This document shows, piece after piece, positions 48,069-60,455 of a DNA stretch of 64,000 nt. Each line of letters opens with the position of its first letter. Within the stretch, counting starts at the first letter, position 1. The position numbers and the translations under genes are program-made. The DNA comes from Tricharina praecox. Lineage: Eukaryota. Under the pieces are notes generated by a model that saw nothing but the letters and a program-made list of their open reading frames with translations, did not search any database and had not been told where the DNA came from. The stretch spans positions 62,001-126,000 of the forward strand of contig NW_026250413.1 in assembly GCF_024521635.1 (NCBI RefSeq), read 5' to 3'.

Positions 48069-49170
48069 GCTGCGGCGGAAGACAGGACGACTCTGTCGTG
48101 ATGTATGTAGTACTCACGTATCCTCGCCCACGCTGCCTGTAACTATCGCCGTACGGGCGCACTCGTGATTTTGGTACAAAGATGTAGGTATGCCTTCTGG
48201 CATTTGTAGGGAGTAGGTATGTAGAGTATGTAGCTTTCTTGCTTCATCCCGAGTCATGTATGATACCTACCACTACTCTCTAGATAATAGAAACGATACC
48301 AACTTTCCCAAACACATTAAAGAATTCCATACATGATACCGATTGGAGTAAACACACCGAAGTGCCGCGGGCCCATGGTAATTGGCCACAAAAAGGCGCC
48401 CATGGTAATTGGCCAAAAAAAAAAGCCTATGTGGTTATGGTCGAGCGGACTACTTCGTGGGTATAGTACTTAGCACCCGGTCGATGTGCGAACGCCAACA
48501 AGAGTACCGTAGTGGGATCAATCTTCTGTGATATTGTGTGATGCACCCCCCCTTCGTGGTGCACAGTTGTTGGCGCAGTACCGACGGGACGATCATTGAG
48601 CAGCACTCGCCCGCGGCGGAGTACTAATGGATTACCTAATCGTGAATGACCAACGGCCATAGCACCGTGCGTGTTCGGCTCTAGCGGGAGACAGAGAGAC
48701 GAGGACGCCTCCATACCGAACCCGTCGGGACTCCGCCATATCCTCTATGGGATATCCATGTAAATGCGAGTACCTGCTTATGATCTCAGACCAACAAACC
48801 AAACCAAACAAGACAAAAAAAACCAAACCAAACCAAATCTACCTACGGAGCGTCAATTTCTACTATAGAGTACAGTACAATACAGTCAGTTCGTACAGTC
48901 AATTTGTACAGCCAATTTGTACAGTCCAGCCAGGTAATCTGACAAGCGACCAGAAAGCTATGTCCCTGTCCGTGTCCGTGTTCGTGTCCAGGCTCCAGGC
49001 TCCAGGCTCTAGCTCCAGGCATTACCCATGCCCATACGATACGATACGATACCCCCGATACTATACGATACGATACCCAAGTTCCAAGTTCCAACGCAAC
49101 CCTCGATGGACCCGCCATCTCCCTCCCTCCATCCATCCCTCCATGATCCATCCACAATATCTACCACCCC

Positions 49171-51211
49171 CTAACTCTGCCCCCTCACCGGCCCCCTCCA
49201 CGTCCCATTCCCCTCGACGACCCCAGCACGGGTATAATCCATGGTCCTTCCGCTCCTCGTCAACCACGCCATCCTAACATAGCTCCTTTCCCCCTGTCGT
49301 CTCTGATACGTGAACTCCCTCTTCTCCCCGCCCTCACCCTCGCCGCCCTCCACATCCCCGCCATCCCCGCCATCCCCGCCATCCCCGCCATCCCCGCCAT
49401 CCCCACCATCCCCCTCCCCACCCTCGCCCATCCGCCACTGAAACCGCTCGACATCATTAACGAGCACACTCACTCCAGTAACGCCGTACTGTCCACCATC
49501 CGTAAGTCCCTCCGGCGGGGTCGGGAGGCCGAGAGTGACATTCCACTGTGTAACCTCCGGCGCAGTGATATTCGGCACACTGGAGTAATACAGTCCATCG
49601 CCGATGAGGCTTTCCGGTGTCTCCACGACGCCGGCGAAACCCCAGCGGGCGACACCGTTGATGAACAATCCGACCAGGATCCCCTGGTACAGGAGGCTAG
49701 GGCGCGTGGGCAGGCTGCAGCCTGGGAGTAGGAGCAGTGCGAGGATGTAGTGGTGGATCCGCAGGCTGGTGCCCGGGATGGCAGCGAGGAGGCCGAGGGA
49801 CGCGCCGATGGAGGCGTACAGGCCTGCCATTGAAGGGAGTCGTCCGCACAGGCGCAAGTAGTAGACTTGCCCCAAGATGAGAAGGATGAGCACGACGATG
49901 ATGATTGCGAGCGCGGTTTTTGCGCCGGGCTGCTGGTTCAGGTCACGGGCGGTCAGGCGGGAGATCGGAATGAGCTTGTCGAAGGTGATGTTTGTGAGCG
50001 CGCCGACCCACAGCCCCGCGAGGTAGAGGACGGAGCGCTCGACGGCCGGCGTGCGCTTGTGCGAGCGCTTGAGTATGTACAGCCATATGAAGTGGGCGAC
50101 GAAGATTGCGGGGAGGAAGCCGGCGAGCGCGCGGCTGACGATGGCGTACGGGTTGTTGAGGTATGGCGGGTCGCTGGCGAGCGCCACGTGGAAGAACACG
50201 CCGACGAAGGTGGCGTAGAACGGGATCGCGGGGACGGGCGAGATCACGGAGATAGCCGTCGTGAACGGGATCGACACGCCGAAGAGGTGCCACCGCAGGT
50301 CTTTGCACGCCATGAAGCTCACCCCGGAGGCGAACGTGTACGAGCTGGGGAACGTCGCGTCGAAGCCGATGCTCTCTATCCCGTTCCGCTTCGTCGACGG
50401 GAATGAGGACGCCTCACCCGTCCGCACCAGTACTCCGCAGCCGCCGTAGTGCGACGGGAACACGCCCGCGTGCACCGCGGATGGACAGATGAAGCTGTCG
50501 GCGCGGTAAGTTCCGTAGGTGCCGTCGTCGTTCCCGCCGCCGACCACGAACGTGCGGTACGCCACCACCTGGTCCCCGACCGCCCGCGGATTCAGCACCT
50601 GCCCACCGGACACACAATCCGACGGACAGCGGAACGCGAAAGAACTATTTGAAAACGGCAGACAAGCCTCGCCGTCGAGGCCGCAGAGGTTGTTCTTAGC
50701 CCTGTTCTACGTTAGCCCACCAGTGCACACCCACCACCCCGCTACCACCACCCCGCTACCCCACCACCACCCCCCCAGCTATCTTGACATACCACAACGA
50801 AGCCCCACACCCGAGATGCATGGGCACCACGCCCTCGACCGTATCCGCAAAGCGGGAGTAATGCACGACCACACCAAACAGGAGCGTCCACACCAGCAGG
50901 AACGCCGTGAGCGCCGCGAGCTGGGCCCTTCTCCTCTTCAGCGTCCGCTGGAACGTCCGCGCCGGCCACGCCTGCACCCGTGGAAACAGCGGCCGGAACG
51001 CGATGTCTACCGCCGGCGTCGGCCCGCGCAGCCACGATATCGTCGCAAGGAAGTAGCGGGTGTACCACGCGGGCGAGGGCGCGGCCGCGGTCGTCGGTGG
51101 CTGGTGTGGGTGTGTAAGCGGCAGTGTTGATGAGGCGGCTGATACGCCGCCGGAGTCGGTGTCGGATGCGGGAGGCGTGAAGGCGCCCGAGGCGCTGGTG
51201 CTGGGCGGCAT
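49171..51211 (-). CDS. LCCL-domain multi-pass membrane protein, 2 exons, ~649 aa
   Basis: Exon 1 51211-50793, intron 50792-50702 (GTATGT…GCTAAC…CAG), exon 2 50701-49171. CGLDGEAC…FRCPSDC, LCCL motif YRADSFICPSAVHAG, several TM helices with RIHHYILALLL. Confidence 0.9.
49353..49414 (-). repeat. 9-bp coding tandem repeat encoding (GDG)n
   Basis: (catccccgc)n on the + strand. Confidence 0.9.
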
Positions 51212-52974
51212 GCGGATGGCGTGGGCGTGCCGGGACGGGACGTAGTGCTCGCTAGGTACTATAGTCTATAGGTAACTATCCGGTGTGCGGAAACGGGCGC
51301 GGAAACGGGCGCGGAAACGGGCGTGGAGAACGGTCGGTGATGAAACGAAACGACAGAAGTGGGGCGGGAGAGCGAAGTTCCGGCCGCCGAGGAAGTGTGC
51401 TGATCTGCTGGGCCCTGCGCTGTCCTGTGCGGTGCTGGCTGTGCTCGCTGTGCTGTGCTGTCAGCAGCGTTTGTAAGCGCACGCGGCCCTGGCTTTGGGG
51501 GTTTGGCTTTGGCTTTTGGCTTTTGGCTTTTGTCTGCCCGGTGCCTGCCTGCGGCCTGCCCTCTGCGGTTAATTCGTGAGCCAAGCTGGAGTACATAACT
51601 TACATACCTCATGCCTCATGCCTCATGCCTACCGGTAGGTACTCGTACATACCACATACCGAAGCTCGAACAAAGGGACCACCTGGAATCATCACCATCG
51701 ACCATTGGCCGTGAGTCCGTGAGTCATGATTCATTTGCAGCTTCAGCTGCACAGTGACGATGTGATTTCGGAGTATCGGAGTTAAAGGTTGAAGGTTCTG
51801 GGGTCTGGAGTCTGGAGTCTGGAGTCTGGAGTCTGGAACTCGCATGCCTACTCGCAACTCTACCGATTCATAGGTACTATATATTGCGCACGTTCGAATG
51901 TAAAAATGTAAAGAATAGACGCCACGATCCATGCAAAGTCCTTAGATATCGCGTGCCGTAAACAGGGCTGAGACCGTGGACGTTTGGTACTCTTCGTAAT
52001 TTGGAAGGATGCCGGGTGAGCGTTGTGGGAGGCGGAGCGACGATGCGGCCTAGTAGAGTAGCGACAGGCGGCGAGAGATACGGAACGTCGGACACCAACC
52101 GGAGCGAGATTCGAGGCCGCAACACGGACTGCGTTGCCACGATCCAGCTATGTAGAATAAATCGACGCCGCAATCGAGATTCGAGACTGTTCCGGACTCC
52201 GGAGTCCGGCCTGGGTACCTGTACCTGTACCTGTACCTCAACCTGTGCCTGTGCCTGTAACGTAGACAGCAGACAGCCGCGCGTTCATGGTGCTTTGAAC
52301 AGCCTTACCCAGAGTAGGTACATGGTGGGGCTGGTGCTTTAATAGTACTCAACAACTCTGGCTGTTGAGCTCGACCTCAAGTGTAGCGTGTTCCCACTCC
52401 ACTTCTCGAGATTCCGCAGATGCAATACTTCTTCGTTGCTTGAACTACAGTATATTGTGCCCAAAGTCATCACGTCGACAAGTTCCCCATCCTGTAACCT
52501 GTAACCTGTAACCCGTAACCTGTAACCTGTCATCGAGTATCCATAGTATCTATAGTAGGTACCAGTACACGACACTGTAGGCACCGCCGCACCATGGCAT
52601 CACATCAGCCACACCACCGGTCACCAGCACATCAAGCAAGCACATCAAAGTAGGTAGAGCAGGGATAAATCCTATTCTCCGCCAAAAGCAAAAAAAAGAT
52701 ATGTACAGCCGCCGTATATTTACTCTCCCTTTCTCTCTCTCTCTCTCTCTCCTTCTCGCTTCTTCCCCATTTACCAGCTCAATTACCCTCCACTCTACTC
52801 CACTTCAGCCAAGGGCCAAAGAAAGACCAAAGAAACGAAAAAAATGAGCATGAAAAAAGTAAACCGAAACCGAAACCATCGCAACCCCTCTATACCCAGT
52901 GGCAAGCCAAAGGCAAGCAATCATAAAACGTCACGTCACACGCCTTCACACCCAAAGAAGTCCAAGTGTAAAGT

Positions 52975-54453
52975 CTAAAGCCCCGCGTCCTCCTTCCTGA
53001 TAGCGCCAACATCGATCATGTTCTGGACCTCGTTAGGTCTAGGCTTGAGCTGATCCTTGGCGAGGGGCTTAACGCCGAGACCGTTGCGGTTGCGGAAGAA
53101 GACTACATCCGACGCCTCGCCGGTAGTTCCCTCGCTCTCCTCGACCCACTGGCACCAGCGGGCCGACTTCCAGATGGCCTTGATGAAGCCGAGGGTGCCG
53201 CCCTCGACGTCGGCGCGGTAGTGCTTGCCCATGACGGGCTTGATGGCCTCCGACGCCTCGTCGGCGTGGTAGAACGGGATCAGCGGGATGAAGTGGTGGA
53301 GCACGTGTGTCTCGACGATGCCGTGCATCAGGTGGCGGCCGATGAAGCCGAATTCGCGGTCGATGGTCGCGGCGGCGCCGCGGCAGTAGTTCCAGGCCTC
53401 GGGGTAGTAGTGCGGCAGCGACGGGTCGGTGTGCTGCAGGAAGGTGATGGCAACCAGCCAGTGGTTGACCCAGAGGTAGGGGATTCCGTACCAGAGAGCG
53501 ATGTTGGCGGCACCCCACTTCTGGCAGGCCAGGTAGAGGACGTAGCCGGTGAGGGCGACACCGATGTCGGAGAGGATGATCAGCTTGCCGTCCTTGGCCT
53601 CGTAGAGGGGCGAGCGGGGGTCGAAGTGGCTGACGCCTCCGAAGTAGCCGTTGCGCTTTCCGACACCGCGGCCCTCCTTCTGGCGCTGGTGGTAGTTGTG
53701 GCCGGTGACGTTGGTGAAGAGGTACATCAGCCAGCCGAGAAGCTGCTGAGCGATGGTGTGGATGAGGGTAGCGATCGGAGTCTCTTCCGTCAGCTCGGCG
53801 ATATCGTGGGCGATGCCGCCGGCGTAGCGACGGGCGTACTCGAGGCGGGACTTGGGCACGAAGACCATGTCCTTCTCGAGGTTACCGGTAGCCTTGTGGT
53901 GCTTTCCGTGCGAGATCTTCCAGGAGAAGTAGGGCACGAGCAGCGACGAGTGGAGGACCCAGCCGACAGTGTCGTTGACGATCTTGGACTCCGAGAAGGC
54001 CTGGTGACCACACTCGTGGGCCAGCACCCACACTCCGGTTCCAAACAGGCCCTGCACGAAACCGTAAACACCCCAGGCGGCGGCACGAGCAATCAACGGG
54101 GCACCCTCGAGAGCGGGCATGATGTGCCAGTTGAAGGCGTAGAAGTTGGCCGAGATGTAGGCGAGATCACGGGCGACGTAGGCCAGTCCTTTCAGGGCTG
54201 ACCGCTGGAAGCAGTGCTTGGGGATAGCATCACGGATCTGCTTGATGGTGAAGTCGGGCATCTCGAACGTGTTGCCGTAGGTGTCGACCATGGGCTTGCC
54301 CGGCTTCTCGTCTCCACCCATCGACGAGAGCGAAGTCGACGAGGACGACATCGAGGGGGAAACCGATGCCGATGTGGATGCGGAGAGGGGAGTGGAAGCA
54401 GTCGAAATGGAGCCGCTGCGGCGAGCACGAGACCGGGTCATAGGGGATTCCAT
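52975..54453 (-). CDS. FAD2: Delta-12 (oleate) fatty acid desaturase, 492 aa
   Basis: Three His boxes HECGH, HGKHH, HVLHH, plus FTIKQIRDAIPKHCF, LLVPYFSWKISH, WLVAITFLQHTDP, ATIDREFGFIG. Confidence 0.96.
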   Translation of the reverse strand: MESPMTRSRARRSGSISTASTPLSASTSASVSPSMSSSSTSLSSMGGDEKPGKPMVDTYGNTFEMPDFTIKQIRDAIPKHCFQRSALKGLAYVARDLAYISANFYAFNWHIMPALEGAPLIARAAAWGVYGFVQGLFGTGVWVLAHECGHQAFSESKIVNDTVGWVLHSSLLVPYFSWKISHGKHHKATGNLEKDMVFVPKSRLEYARRYAGGIAHDIAELTEETPIATLIHTIAQQLLGWLMYLFTNVTGHNYHQRQKEGRGVGKRNGYFGGVSHFDPRSPLYEAKDGKLIILSDIGVALTGYVLYLACQKWGAANIALWYGIPYLWVNHWLVAITFLQHTDPSLPHYYPEAWNYCRGAAATIDREFGFIGRHLMHGIVETHVLHHFIPLIPFYHADEASEAIKPVMGKHYRADVEGGTLGFIKAIWKSARWCQWVEESEGTTGEASDVVFFRNRNGLGVKPLAKDQLKPRPNEVQNMIDVGAIRKEDAGL

Positions 54454-57400
54454 TGTGCAAGAGTCTAGAGATAGCAGAGTCGAGGTCAGTCAGGCCGTTT
54501 GCATTCACGGAGGGACCTGAGAGAGACAAACCTAACGGTGCCAGCAGTTAGAAAGGAGAGTCAACTGAATGGTTCCGATCCAAACGAGGGTGTTTCTGAA
54601 GCTGGAGCAGCGTCGGGGGTTCTGTTGAAGAGAGGGAGGTAGGGGGGAGGGGGGAGGTTGATGGTTGTGCGGGAGAATGGAGAGGGGAGAGGAGAGCGAG
54701 CGGAGCGGGAGAGCTTAAAGTTATGAACAGATATCTGTGAAGGGGACGAATCTGGGGGGCACGCTATTGATTTTTTTTGCGGGTGCTAGCAAAGCAAGGG
54801 GAGCGAATTACAAGGCAGCGATTGACAGCCGGCAGGGCGATATCAGCAGAAGGAGCATAGCACGCAGCGGGCACAGTCGACAACCGACCCTGGGATGGAG
54901 GGGTGGATGGATGGATCTTGGACGAGTGGCCAGACCAGCGACCCGGCCCCAAAAGAAAGGAGGAGGCGACAAAGATGAAGTTCGACCCGACGGGGGTGAG
55001 AGACTTTTTCTCTTCAGCCAGCACAGCTGGAGGCGGCGGCGACGTCGAAGACACACGGGCCAATCGAGCAATTGGCCAACCAGCCGATGATGCAGGGCCG
55101 CCAGCCTATCGCCGCCCGCCCGCCCTCGGTGGTCTCTCCCTGCTCCTTATCCACCGTATCGCTCTCCGCATCGAGATATCTCCATCTTTTAAGCCCCAAT
55201 TCGAAGGACATTCCCAGACCGGGTCAAGTGTGAACGGGCGTACGAGGGACAGTTGGGACGAGCGCGATGTTGCGGGCTTGTCCTGAACGGATTGAGAAAT
55301 ACACAGAGAAAAAACTCAAAAGCCCCTAGCCCATTGACCGTCGTCGGCCCCAGGAGCGTTTAACCCTGTTTCCGGCGACGCAGGGCCCAAGCGAGGCCCC
55401 TGTTGCAAGGATGGGTGTTGCGACCATTCCCATCGACGCAGAAAAGGAAAAAAAAAGAAAGCAAAAAAAAAAGGGAAAGCAACCAGGCCCTAGCACGCAT
55501 AGCACGAGGCAGCGGGAAGGAGGGAGGAAGAAAAATTGTTGGGAAGCTCGGCAAACGTGCGACCAACTGGACCCTCAACCATTTCGAGCCAACAAGAGCC
55601 AAGACCAGACAAGACAGCGACAGCGACAGCAACGGATGCCGGTGCGAACCCGATGAAAAACATGCTCGACTGCATACATGCGACCGCGTCTACTTGAGTA
55701 CTCAACCGGCACCGCACCACCGCTCAGCTCATGTCAGGAGACGGCGGGGGCGCGGGGGCGCGGAAAACGGCAGGAGCCAGGCCGAGGCGGCGCGGAGAAG
55801 GAGCTGTCGTGCCGGTGGATGGTGGAACTCCACCACCACCACCCCCATCCTCGCGATGGTGTCGTGATATGATAGGTACACACACATCAATTGCCCTTGA
55901 GCTTATTCGCATCGCCGGTTTTTTAGGTTTTGAGTGTGGGTGCAGGTTCGGGCTACGGTACAGTACCGTGCCTACCTACTCTACATGGATATGATGGATA
56001 TGATCGGAGAGGTGGTAGAGTGGCCGCCACACTCCTCGCATGTGAATCGGGACCGACCTAGGTAAGCAGGCAACGATTCCGATAGACGCGGCACCTTGGT
56101 TGCTTTTGTTGGGGAATGCAAAGGAACCTCAGCTGCTTGGTTCTCGTTTCGGTGAAGGCGAGCAAGCAAATAAAGCGAAAGAAAAGTGCTGCGATTCATT
56201 TCTTTGCATGTGTGTGTGCGCAATTTCGTTCACAGCTCCTTCCCTTCGGCTGCAATTCCTCTCGTCAGCGGAAAAAATCATTGCCGCAAAGCATTTGGCA
56301 GCATCCGGGCTTGCACACGTCAGCACTCGGTCGATCGGCTGCGGCCGGGAACTCCGTGGCGTGTGCATTCCCACTGCGACCGGTGATAATAGACCGAGTT
56401 TCTCGTTTTCGCTCTCTCTCCCTCTCGAACTTTGACCGTCTAGATGGCAAGGCCGTATATATGCGACAATAAATTGAATATAAAACAAAGGCATCCGTCC
56501 GCACTTCCGAATAGGTAGGATAAATGCGAGTATAATCAAACAAACTAACCAAGGCATCCGTCCGCACTTCGCAACAACTACATATAATACCACGGCCTAC
56601 TCGAGTAGAGTCTAGCTACGCCGTTCGCACAACAACGACGGAAAAAAAAACACAGATGAAACCAACGCCGTTGACACTTCAATTCGATTCTCTGCACAGC
56701 CCACAACCTTCTGCACAACCTTCATCAAATTTCAGCCGGCGCTGAGCCGGAGCTGAGCCGGAGCTGAAGCTGACTGACACGGAAACCTGCTTTTCGCGGG
56801 ACGGTCAGCGTTGCACGGAAACAGATGTTACCTAGAACACTGCACGTCGTGACGAACCGACGAAAACTATTGCATGTGAGAGCTGAGACTGTCTGGCTTC
56901 TGGCTTCGAATTCGAACTTTGAAGTGAAGTTGCTAAGTTCCATCCCCGTTACGGATAGTATGCCCGGATACCCGAGGCAGTGTTTTACATAGTCCAGTCC
57001 AGTCCGTCCGGGCCCATGGACGGGACTGGACTACATACTCTATACCCAGTCCGTCTGTCGGTGTCTGTCGGACGGGACGGACAGTAGTCGCCTGCAGTCG
57101 ACTGCCAAGACTGGTACAATGTGACAGAAATCATGATAGAAAGCCTGCGGCGTATTATTGGTAGTTGTATCTAGTGGCTGAGGGAAGTATACAGTATGCG
57201 CACGGGCTAATGATGACGCCGCGGAGTTGATGGTTCCAAGCAAATATTGTGGCCACGATTGTGGCGCAGTTTATTGTTACTGGACGAAGTTAGTGTCGCC
57301 GACTCATGGTGTTAACTACTAGCACTGGACGGAATTCAACCCATCATATCTAGATAGTGGGAAATACATACTGTCATAGGTATTTGGTGGGGCAAGAGCT

Positions 57401-57563
57401 GAAAATAGTGGCCTACCGGACTGCAGTCCAACCCCGTCCAGCAATCTGGCGGACGGGTCGGACTACATACATACCGGTACATACTTTAATGGGTATCCCG
57501 TCCTCCATGAGGCACGGACGGACGGACCGGGCTATATATGGAGAACACTGCCCTGCCCGAGGT

Positions 57564-57611
57564 GTCTTGTCTTGTCTTGTCTTGTCTTGTCTTGTCTTGT
57601 CTTGTCTTGTC
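57564..57611. repeat. (GTCTT)n microsatellite
   Basis: Direct reading. Confidence 0.95.
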
Positions 57612-58372
57612 CAGCCAGATCACCGGCACCGCGGATGCGATATCATGAATTTCGGCACATGCCGCGATTCTTCAATGCTTCGAGGATACCGGTGGGTAGG
57701 TATTCAACTCGGTGGGAATCCCCTCGGCTGGCTGGCTGGCTGGCTGGCTGCGCTGGTATTGCTTGCGGAACAGTATGTATTCTACGCATATGGCATCTAC
57801 ATTCGAGACGGGCTCCCGCCATGTGCCGTAGGGCCTCCGTCTAAGTAGAGCAGCTGCTCCGGGCGTAGAAGGCGAGTTTTCTTGCCACCATTCCTCGCCT
57901 GGGCTAAACCGAGATTTGGTATGTAGATATGGAGGGGAACCATCGACCGGAAGGACTACCTATGAAGTACCTGTAAGCTATCCGGTATCGCGGTCCGACG
58001 AAGAGCGGGGTAGGTAGGTACTAGGAATTTGATGTTTCACAATACCCATCTCGTCCTGTGAGTCTATGACGGAGTACTTGAGGCTTGAGACGACGTCTGT
58101 CTCGGGCTTCGCAGCGAGAGCTGTATGCTACCTTTTAAGGTTCCGTTCTGCTCGTCCACAGGAAATCTTTAACCCAGTGCCCACACAATGTTTTCTGGAA
58201 GAGAGGTCACAGGTGTGCCGGCCGCATCCTGCAGGCTGCGGGTGGCGAAACCTCGTTTCCTTCCTTCCTTCCTTATCCATAGAGATGGATCCGTGTGTAC
58301 CTTCGAGAAAGTGCGGGCTCGGCGCCCAGAATTCATGTATCATCCGTCACAAAGATGCCGATCGGTTGGGCT

Positions 58373-58710
58373 GATCTTCCAACTCAGGCCGAGATTTCTC
58401 CCGTCCAGCGCTACGCTGGTTCGAGTGCACCTCGGCGACGAAGTTAGAACCCAAGGAAAGCTTTCTGCTCAGCCTTCGGCGGCGGCTGACGAGCTCTTCC
58501 GCCTGCTTCCTCTGACATCCCTCCTGATGCGGGCGGCAAGATCCGAAGGCACGTGATCTTCCAACTCAGGCCGAGATTCTCTTGGTGCCCAGCGACACGC
58601 TGGTTCTCGACGATGAACCGAAGGGAAAGCTTTTAAGTTTCTGCTCAGCCTTCTGAGGCTTCGTCCGATGTGCCTCCTCGCCTGGACGACTGGATCCGAA
58701 GGCACGTGAT
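58373..58710 (+). repeat. Degenerate tandem duplication (units ~150-185 bp)
   Basis: gatcttccaactcaggccgagatt at 58373 and 58556; gatccgaaggcacgtgat at 58540 and 58693; ttctgctcagccttc twice. Confidence 0.8.
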
Positions 58711-59052
58711 TTCTCGCTCCATAGTGCAGCACTCGCCCTTGTTTCCTGAAGGCCTACTGCAAGTCGTCCAATTGGAAAGAAACATCGCCCGCCCTAGCCA
58801 ATTACCCGCTGAACGCACCATCCACATCGTTCTTCCTTCCCTTCCTTCCTCCCCTTCACCATTCTCTCTCCATCCTTCTTCCTCCAACCTCCAATATCCA
58901 CCCTCGACCCGCTATCATCCCAATTCAAACCACAACCACTCCTAAACCACTTCACTCCGGTATGCTCCCTCCACTCTTGTTAGGATGCCATCTCTCCAGT
59001 GCCGTCCGAGGTTCAGGCTGATGGAAATGCCTTCCTGGAAGACCCAGATACC

Positions 59053-59802
59053 ATGGCTCCAGCCGCCAAGCACATGTCGGCCAAACACAGAGGCCTTCCC
59101 CAGTCGGACGCTGCGTGGAAGCGGGAGGGGCAGATGGAGGACGGTGATGTTAGTATGTTTCCCCCTTCTCTATGTTCTTCCTCACCCCCCGCGGGTCCTC
59201 CTCCCCTCCAGCACTTCTCGTTGTATGTTCGTCCCCTCTGCATCCAACGTCCACCCCTCACTCCCTCTGCATCCAACGGCTACTCCTCATTCCCTTGCCG
59301 CTATCCTCCTCCGTCCTCCTCCCTTCCAGCTCTTCTAGTTGCTTATTTATTCCCTTTGCATCCAACGGCCACTTCCTCGTTCCCTTCCGGCTATCCTCCT
59401 CCGTCCTCCTCCTCTTCTGCGTTACCCGCTGCCTTCATCTGTCGCTGACTTGCCGCAGCCTGTTACACCTGTCGCATCATCTTCCCAAACCGTGTCATGC
59501 TCGCGCGGCATTGGGACTTGAGTGCACTGCACAACCCTCACAAGATCTGTGCCAAGTGCTCCGAGGCGTGTGGGGACGAGACGAGTCTCTTGATCCACAG
59601 GGGAAGGCAGTATCCCCGGTGCGAGGCCTCAAAGAGGCCACGCCACCAGACGTGCGTGCCATGCAGGTGCATCTTCCAGACGGAGGAGGAACTCTCCCAG
59701 CATCTGAACTCCAAGTTTCATGACGATACTGTGGCACGTTGGGACGTGCTTGAGCGCCGCTGGGATGTGCCGGCGGCGGATCTCAAGACGTGGGGGCAGT
59801 AA
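59053..59802 (+). CDS. Small C2H2-type zinc-finger protein, at least 2 exons (>=147 aa)
   Basis: Exon 59053-59152, intron 59153-59458 (GTATGT…GCTGAC…CAG) and exon 59459-59802 join in frame, giving CYTC-x12-H-x6-H, CAKC-x12-H-x4-Y (degenerate) and CVPC-x12-H-x5-H. The 5' end is uncertain because the frame is open from 58984. Confidence 0.65.
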
Positions 59803-60455
59803 TGGTGGAGAGCCAGCTCACGGCGGAGGAGCTTGGTGGCTGCAGGCAAGTCGTCCAGTTAACATCTGTTTCTACCCCAGAGAGCACTCGCACTGCAGTC
59901 ATACGAACCTTTTGTGATCCTCGCTCGTTGGATTGCTGGCGATAGTAGTGCTTACATTGCGTCGCAATTAGAGGAGTCGGATCTGAAGGGCTCTCGGTGG
60001 TCGCTATGGTCTTGTAAAGGCCGCATGCGGCATGCGAAATATAATTTTTATTCTTTCTCCGTCTCTAAAGGACTCTCAAAACACTAATAGTATTGCTGAT
60101 GTAGCCGGTGTTGTACTGACGAACGATGAGAATAATGCCGGAGGGCAGGGCTCGCAGGATCAGGTGGAGGTTGCGCTTGGTGCTGATGCACCGTTTCACG
60201 GAATAGGATGTCGAGCCAGGACCGTTTGCGCGCATTCGAAAGCAACATCACCGATTCAGCCATCTTCCGGAAACAACCACAAACATACCGAGACTGTCCA
60301 TGCCCCTTCCATAGAGAAATCACCCATTCCGTCCTCATCCTCCGAACCCAACCACGAACCCCAAGTCATCCTCTCTCCCGACATCAACCACCCCCACATC
60401 AGCAACTCCCACCGCACCACCACGCCACCACACCACCAACGAGCTCCCTGCCGTC

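Noticed and set aside
48371..48415. Duplicated 18-mer gcccatggtaattggcca
   Set aside because: A simple two-copy duplication with no partner inverted end found in the window.
52492..52530. (cctgtaa)n as a possible interstitial telomere repeat
   Set aside because: A 7-bp unit that does not match TTAGGG; one of many ordinary short tandem repeats here.
53221..54201. Long antisense ORFs (also 7899-8825, 22219-23091, 23298-24593, 60335-61423)
   Set aside because: Shadow ORFs opposite GC3-rich real genes, with no independent motifs.
56461..56570. Two exact 20-bp direct repeats (aaggcatccgtccgcacttc) with a 43-bp gap, CRISPR-like spacing
   Set aside because: Only two units, the flanks also align (63-bp tandem duplication), the context is eukaryotic and there are no cas genes.
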